A stretch of 64,000 nt of DNA from Eledone cirrhosa (taxonomy: Eukaryota), in the NCBI GenBank assembly GCA_964016885.1, contig OZ024744.1:55676001-55740000 (forward strand), in the 5' to 3' direction. The position numbers and the translations under genes were made by a program. The notes beneath the pieces are model-generated. The model ran no database searches. It saw only the letters and a list, made by a program, of their open reading frames with translations, and had not been told where the DNA came from. This document shows positions 62,663-64,000 of the stretch, in pieces; the stretch's first letter is position 1; every line of letters starts with the position of its first letter.

Positions 62663-62879
62663 TATATATATATATCATCAGTGTTTAGTGTCTATTTTCC
62701 ATGCTGTTACGGGTTAGTTAAGTTGTCCCTCTGCGACCATGTTTTGCTCATACAGAACTGTCTCTGGTTTGGTTTCTATAACTGGATGACCTTCTTAATG
62801 CCAACCACCTTACAGGGTTGACTTTTTGTGAACACATTACATGGACTTGGGGCTTTTGTTGTGTTATTCATATAGAAAT

Positions 62880-63875
62880 ACACACACACACATACGTATA
62901 TATGTATACATGTATGTATATCCATATATACACACATGCATATGAATGTGTGTATATATGTATGTATATCCATACACACACACAAGCATATGAATGTGTG
63001 TCTATATGTATGTATATCCATATATACACACATGCATATGAATGTGTGTTTATATGTATGTATATCCATATATACACACATGCATATGAATGTGTGTGTG
63101 TATGTGTATGTGTATTATTTGTTTCATGCATTAGAAAATGAATTCTATAAATGTTTCGAATTGCTATATTTAAATTCCAACACACACACACACACATAGG
63201 CTTATGTAAGTGAGTAAATATATGTATGTGTGTATGTGCATGTGAGTGTGTGTGTGTGTCTGCGCATGTGTGTATGTGTGTCTACATATATATGTGTGTA
63301 TATGTGTGTGTCTACATATATATGTGTGTATATGTGTGTGTGTGTGTGTATGTGTGTGTGTGTGTCTACATATATATGCGTGTATATGTGTGTATGTGTG
63401 TATGTCTGTGTGAGTGTCTGCGCATGTGTGTATGTGTGTATATATATATATGTGTGTATGTGTGTGTGTGTATGTCTACATATATATGTGTGTATATGTG
63501 TGTATGTGTGTATGTCTGTGCGTGTGTCTGCACATGTGTGTATGTATGTCTACATATATGTGTGTATATGTGTGTGTGTATGTCTACATATATATGTGTG
63601 TATATGTGTGTATGTGTGTATGTCTGTGTGTGTGTCTGCGTTAGTGTGTATGTGTGTCTACATATATATGCGTGTATGTGTGTGTGTGTGTGTTTACATA
63701 TATATGTGTGTATATGTGTGTATGTGTGTATGTCTGTGTGTGTGTCTGCACATGTGTGTATGTGAGTCTACATATATATGTGTGTATGTGTGTATGTCTG
63801 TGTGTGTGTCTGCGCATGTGTGTATGTGGGTCTAGATATATATGTGTGTATGTCTGTGTGTGTGTGCGTGTATAC
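62880..63875. repeat. CA/TG-derived minisatellites (46-bp unit at ~62905-63100) and (TG)-rich compound microsatellite
   Basis: Direct reading. Confidence 0.9.
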
Positions 63876-64000
63876 ATATTATTTTGGTCTTCTCTATTCT
63901 ATTCTGTGTCCACAAGAAATGCCCTTGACACAATGGCAGGAGAAAACAAGTGATGTCATACCTCTGGGTTTAAAATAATTACAAAACTAATACAATAAAA

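Overview
AT-rich, repeat-saturated eukaryotic DNA, most likely an octopod cephalopod (inferred from the SINE/LINE families and (TA)n/(CA)n density). Nearly all six-frame ORFs are microsatellite artefacts or decayed transposon pieces: RTE, CR1-group, R4/Dong-like and CRE-clade non-LTR elements, Penelope-like elements, Helitrons, Tc1/mariner and several SINEs. There is a 200-N gap at 3950-4149. Only one probable host exon was found (34909-35057, minus strand, Sfi1-like W repeats). Two signals stand out. First, about a dozen diverse type-I hammerhead ribozyme motifs of the minimal Penelope type occur, many in short fold-back palindromes beside (TA)n tracts, along with half-hammerhead fold-backs and a recurring U4A core variant. 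Second, a ~60-copy 73-bp satellite has a 21-bp-stem hairpin in each monomer, three flipped monomers and an 8-mer higher-order period. All folds were done by eye; no activity or database match has been tested.
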